Part shown: piece after piece, positions 63,187 to 64,000 of the stretch
Layout of the letters: every line of letters begins with the position of its first letter
Numbering within the stretch: position 1 is the first letter of the stretch
Assembly (NCBI GenBank): GCA_035480035.1
Contig: DATIID010000001.1
Span: 265,323-329,322, forward strand
Direction of reading: 5' to 3'
DNA length: 64,000 bases
Source of the DNA: Candidatus Saccharimonadales bacterium
Lineage (GTDB): Bacteria > Patescibacteriota > Saccharimonadia > Saccharimonadales > OMJO01
The notes under the pieces: model-generated
What the model was told of the DNA's origin: nothing
Database searches by the model: none
Seen by the model: the letters and a program-made list of their open reading frames with translations, nothing else
Translations under genes and position numbers: made by a program

Positions 63187-64000
63187 ATGGAACAGAGGCC
63201 TTTAGCGGAGCGGATGCGACCGCAAAAATTGGATGACGTAGTTGGTCAAGAACATTTATTGACCAGTGGTGCGATTATTCGCGAAATTATCAACAAGCAA
63301 CAACCGACCAGTTTGATCTTGTGGGGACCGCCAGGTAGTGGTAAAACTACACTCGCAAGGATTATCGCCAAAGAAACAGGTGCCGAATTCGTCGAGCTTA
63401 GTGCAGTAACGTCCGGTAAAGCAGATGTAACTAAAGTTATCGAACATGCCGAAGGCAATCAAAGGCTTGGTCAGCAGACAATTTTGTTCGTCGACGAAAT
63501 TCACCGTTTTAACAAAGCCCAGCAAGACGCCTTTTTGCCACATGTTGAAAAAGGCACAATTACTCTGATTGGCGCCACAACTGAAAACCCCAGTTTTGAA
63601 ATTATTAATCCCCTGCTCAGCCGTAGCCGAGTACTGGTACTGGAACCGCTTAGTAAAAACGAGATTATCAAAATCATAAAATCTACGGCCAAGGCCGAAA
63701 AAATTCCAGCCAAACTCTTGCCAGCTAAAAGCATCGATCTACTAGCTGAATTATCCGGCGGTGACGCTAGAGTGGCGCTCGGCAACTTAGAATTGGCTCT
63801 ACAACTAACCAAAGGCACAATTACGCCGGAAATTGTCGAAACCGCCGCCCAAAAACGAGTGCCCGGCTATGACAAAAAAGGTGAATACCATTACAACGTC
63901 ATTAGCGCCTTTATCAAAAGCATGCGCGGCAGTGACGCCAACGCTACACTGTATTATTTGGCTAGAATGCTCCAAGCCGGTGAAGACCCTAAATTTATTT
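63187..64000 (+). CDS. rarA: replication-associated recombination protein A (RarA/MgsA), N-terminal 271 codons; runs off the window
   Basis: Not in the ORF track. Own translation: [25 protein letters not shown]...[19 protein letters not shown]...[47 protein letters not shown] box (63175-63180) lies 6 nt before the ATG. Confidence 0.92.
   Translation, partial: MEQRPLAERMRPQKLDDVVGQEHLLTSGAIIREIINKQQPTSLILWGPPGSGKTTLARIIAKETGAEFVELSAVTSGKADVTKVIEHAEGNQRLGQQTILFVDEIHRFNKAQQDAFLPHVEKGTITLIGATTENPSFEIINPLLSRSRVLVLEPLSKNEIIKIIKSTAKAEKIPAKLLPAKSIDLLAELSGGDARVALGNLELALQLTKGTITPEIVETAAQKRVPGYDKKGEYHYNVISAFIKSMRGSDANATLYYLARMLQAGEDPKFI

Noticed and set aside
1-64000. Looked for CRISPR arrays, IS/transposase or integrase genes, phage structural genes, rRNA/tRNA genes and classic defence genes (restriction, Cas, abortive infection).
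   Set aside because: None was recognisable. Every spacer of 70 nt or more was read on both strands. None contains tRNA-like T-arm sequences or repeat-spacer periodicity.

Overview
This is a dense, almost gap-free bacterial chromosomal window with about 70 protein genes on both strands. I could not recognise any rRNA, tRNA, CRISPR array, IS element or prophage gene. TAA, TAG and TGA all terminate well-conserved genes, so the standard code applies.

Content:
- A housekeeping core: Clp/Hsp100 (partial), nusA, pepN, rnhB, rplS, dnaE, gatC-gatA-orf-gatB, uvrB, pheST, trxB, rmuC and rarA (partial).
- A compact sugar-phosphate block: PfkB kinase, class II aldolase, split transketolase, rpe, rpiB, gap and ppa.
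- Scattered PRPP- and pyrimidine-type enzymes: purF-like, gpt-like, DHOD-like and DHOase-like.
- Two glycoside hydrolases.
- A Fur-family regulator and ZIP transporter divergon.
- Several blocks of small bitopic or surface proteins without assignable function.

The gene content fits a small-genome, Gram-positive-type lineage such as Saccharibacteria/CPR. This rests on a PilB-type ATPase, pilin-head-like domains on membrane anchors, an LPXTG signal, minimal metabolism and extreme compaction. That placement is inference. A streamlined low-GC actinobacterium cannot be excluded, because a WhiB-like gene and leaderless-type promoters are actinobacterial-like traits.

Most notable observations:
1. 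About 20 genes have a -10 hexamer placed 6-9 nt before the ATG and no SD, implying mostly leaderless mRNAs.
2. A strongly signalled 63-aa gene is little more than an LPNTG sorting signal. It lies next to a processive GT2 synthase that is translationally coupled to an untracked 48-aa membrane ORF.
3. A full-length CDP-alcohol phosphatidyltransferase homolog has lost most of its hydrophobic character.
4. An operon encodes an unknown 421-aa protein, a LOG/SLOG-like protein and a protein with a pilin-type signal.
5. Two paralogous membrane-anchored proteins with pilin-head-like domains bracket three unknown genes.
6. A 143-aa membrane protein gene is inserted inside gatCAB.
7. A 190-nt convergent spacer is packed with GC-rich hairpins.
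8. Several operator-like palindromes are present: CIRCE at clp, a shared palindromic -35 at fur/ZIP, and a 19-bp perfect palindrome at a TrmB divergon.

All functional calls are motif recognition by eye. No database search was run.
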